A stretch of DNA of 33,010 nt from the NCBI GenBank assembly GCA_964502985.1, contig CAZCZH010000005.1, positions 1-33,010 on the forward strand, read 5' to 3'. Positions within the stretch are counted from its first letter, which is position 1. Each line of letters begins with the position of its first letter. Source of the DNA: an uncultured Gemmatimonadales bacterium (GTDB lineage: Bacteria > Gemmatimonadota > Gemmatimonadetes > JACCXV01 > JAHWKZ01). A model generated the notes under the pieces. That model was not told the origin of the DNA. It was given only the letters and a program-made list of their open reading frames with translations, and made no database searches. Shown piece after piece: positions 32,559-33,010 of this stretch. Made by a program: the position numbers and the translations under genes.

Positions 32559-33010
32559 GTGAGGCGCGAGCGCCTCGCCCCGCCGCTCGACCCGGGCGAC
32601 GTCGGACGGGCGCTGTTCGTGCGGTTGAGGCGCTTCGGCGACACGCTCATGATGGGGCCCAGCGCGCGGGCCCTCAAGGCGTGGGCCCCTGGGGCCCGGC
32701 TGGCGGTCGTCGTCCAGCCGGGCTACGACGCGTTCGTCCGGCTGATGCCCGAGGCGCTCTTGCGCATGATCAATCTGGTGTTTACGCACGTCTTTTACCG
32801 GATTCGCGCAACCGGGTTGGATCGCGTGCCTGCCGAGGGCGGCGCGCTGCTGGTGAGCAATCATGTCTCTTTTATTGACGCGCTGCTGATCCAATCGGTC
32901 TCGCCCCGGCCGATCCGGTTTATCGTTCATGAGGATATCTATAAGAGCAGGGTGCTCGGGTTTTTCCTCAAGATCATGCGGGCGATACCGGTCGGCAGCC
33001 AGCAGCGGCC
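32559..33010 (+). CDS. Open ORF (runs off the window end): first ~65 aa resemble a GT9 heptosyltransferase N-terminus, the remainder a PlsC/Aas-type acyltransferase; probable junction
   Basis: Own translation from GTG 32559: VRRERLAPPLDPGDVGRALFVRLRRFGDTLMMGPSARALKAWAPGARLAVVVQPGYDAFVRLMPE | ALLRMINLVFTHVFYRIRATGLDRVPAEGGALLVSNHVSFIDALLIQSVSPRPIRFIVHEDIYKSRVLGFFLKIMRAIPVG. The first part is GT9-like (RLxxxGD...P..RALK). The second part carries NHxSxxD (the HX4D acyltransferase motif). GC drops visibly after about 32760. Confidence 0.5.
   Translation, partial: MRRERLAPPLDPGDVGRALFVRLRRFGDTLMMGPSARALKAWAPGARLAVVVQPGYDAFVRLMPEALLRMINLVFTHVFYRIRATGLDRVPAEGGALLVSNHVSFIDALLIQSVSPRPIRFIVHEDIYKSRVLGFFLKIMRAIPVGSQQR

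Noticed and set aside
1-33010. Scan for tRNA, rRNA, CRISPR repeats, IS elements, integrases, toxin-antitoxin pairs, phage genes and long direct repeats
   Set aside because: Nothing convincing was found. The few low-GC patches (11840-11870, 18660-18736, 29930-29975, 30650-30703) are explained as gene 5' ends or promoters. Only the 32760-33010 shift remains unexplained, and it is reported as a finding.

Overview
High-GC (roughly 70% by eye), gene-dense chromosomal fragment from a diderm bacterium. Lipid A/LPS genes (Kdo transferase, MsbA-like exporter), a FadL-type outer-membrane channel and a PorX-like regulator suggest an FCB-group lineage such as Gemmatimonadota, but that is only a guess. 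I found no rRNA, tRNA, CRISPR array, transposase or integrase. Gene content, left to right: (i) A minus-strand, translationally coupled [NiFe]-hydrogenase module, hypC / HypC-paralog / hypD / hypE / hypA / hhyS / hhyL. The large subunit carries the group 1h/5 motif TSRICGICGDNH, and the small subunit has no Tat signal. (ii) An iron-permease-family gene, a secreted M1 peptidase and two peptide-type ABC permeases. (iii) An ECF sigma / ZAS anti-sigma / Spy-CpxP-like operon, convergent with a His-rich outer-membrane-like protein. (iv) A thioesterase, then a class V aminotransferase coupled to FadL. (v) A Fur-family regulator, two lipoproteins and SufE. (vi) An EamA exporter and a CGNR zinc-finger gene sharing an AT-rich control region with two near-consensus promoters. 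(vii) An MA-clan HExxH protein, a rhodanese, Kdo transferase and Nfu. (viii) A nucleotide-themed neighbourhood that is my best candidate for an undescribed system: a PorX-like receiver-PglZ protein, a small unknown ORF, a TLC/Npt-like transporter, a class III cyclase-STAND-TPR protein and an MBL-fold protein with a degenerate metal motif. (ix) An MsbA-like exporter followed by an ORF with an abrupt drop in GC and a change of protein family at about 32755. Most long ORFs in the supplied track are Arg/Gly/Pro-rich shadow frames. Several gene starts had to be moved to internal ATG/GTG/TTG codons supported by Shine-Dalgarno sequences or 4-nt stop/start overlaps. All family assignments come from motif recognition by eye; no database search was run.
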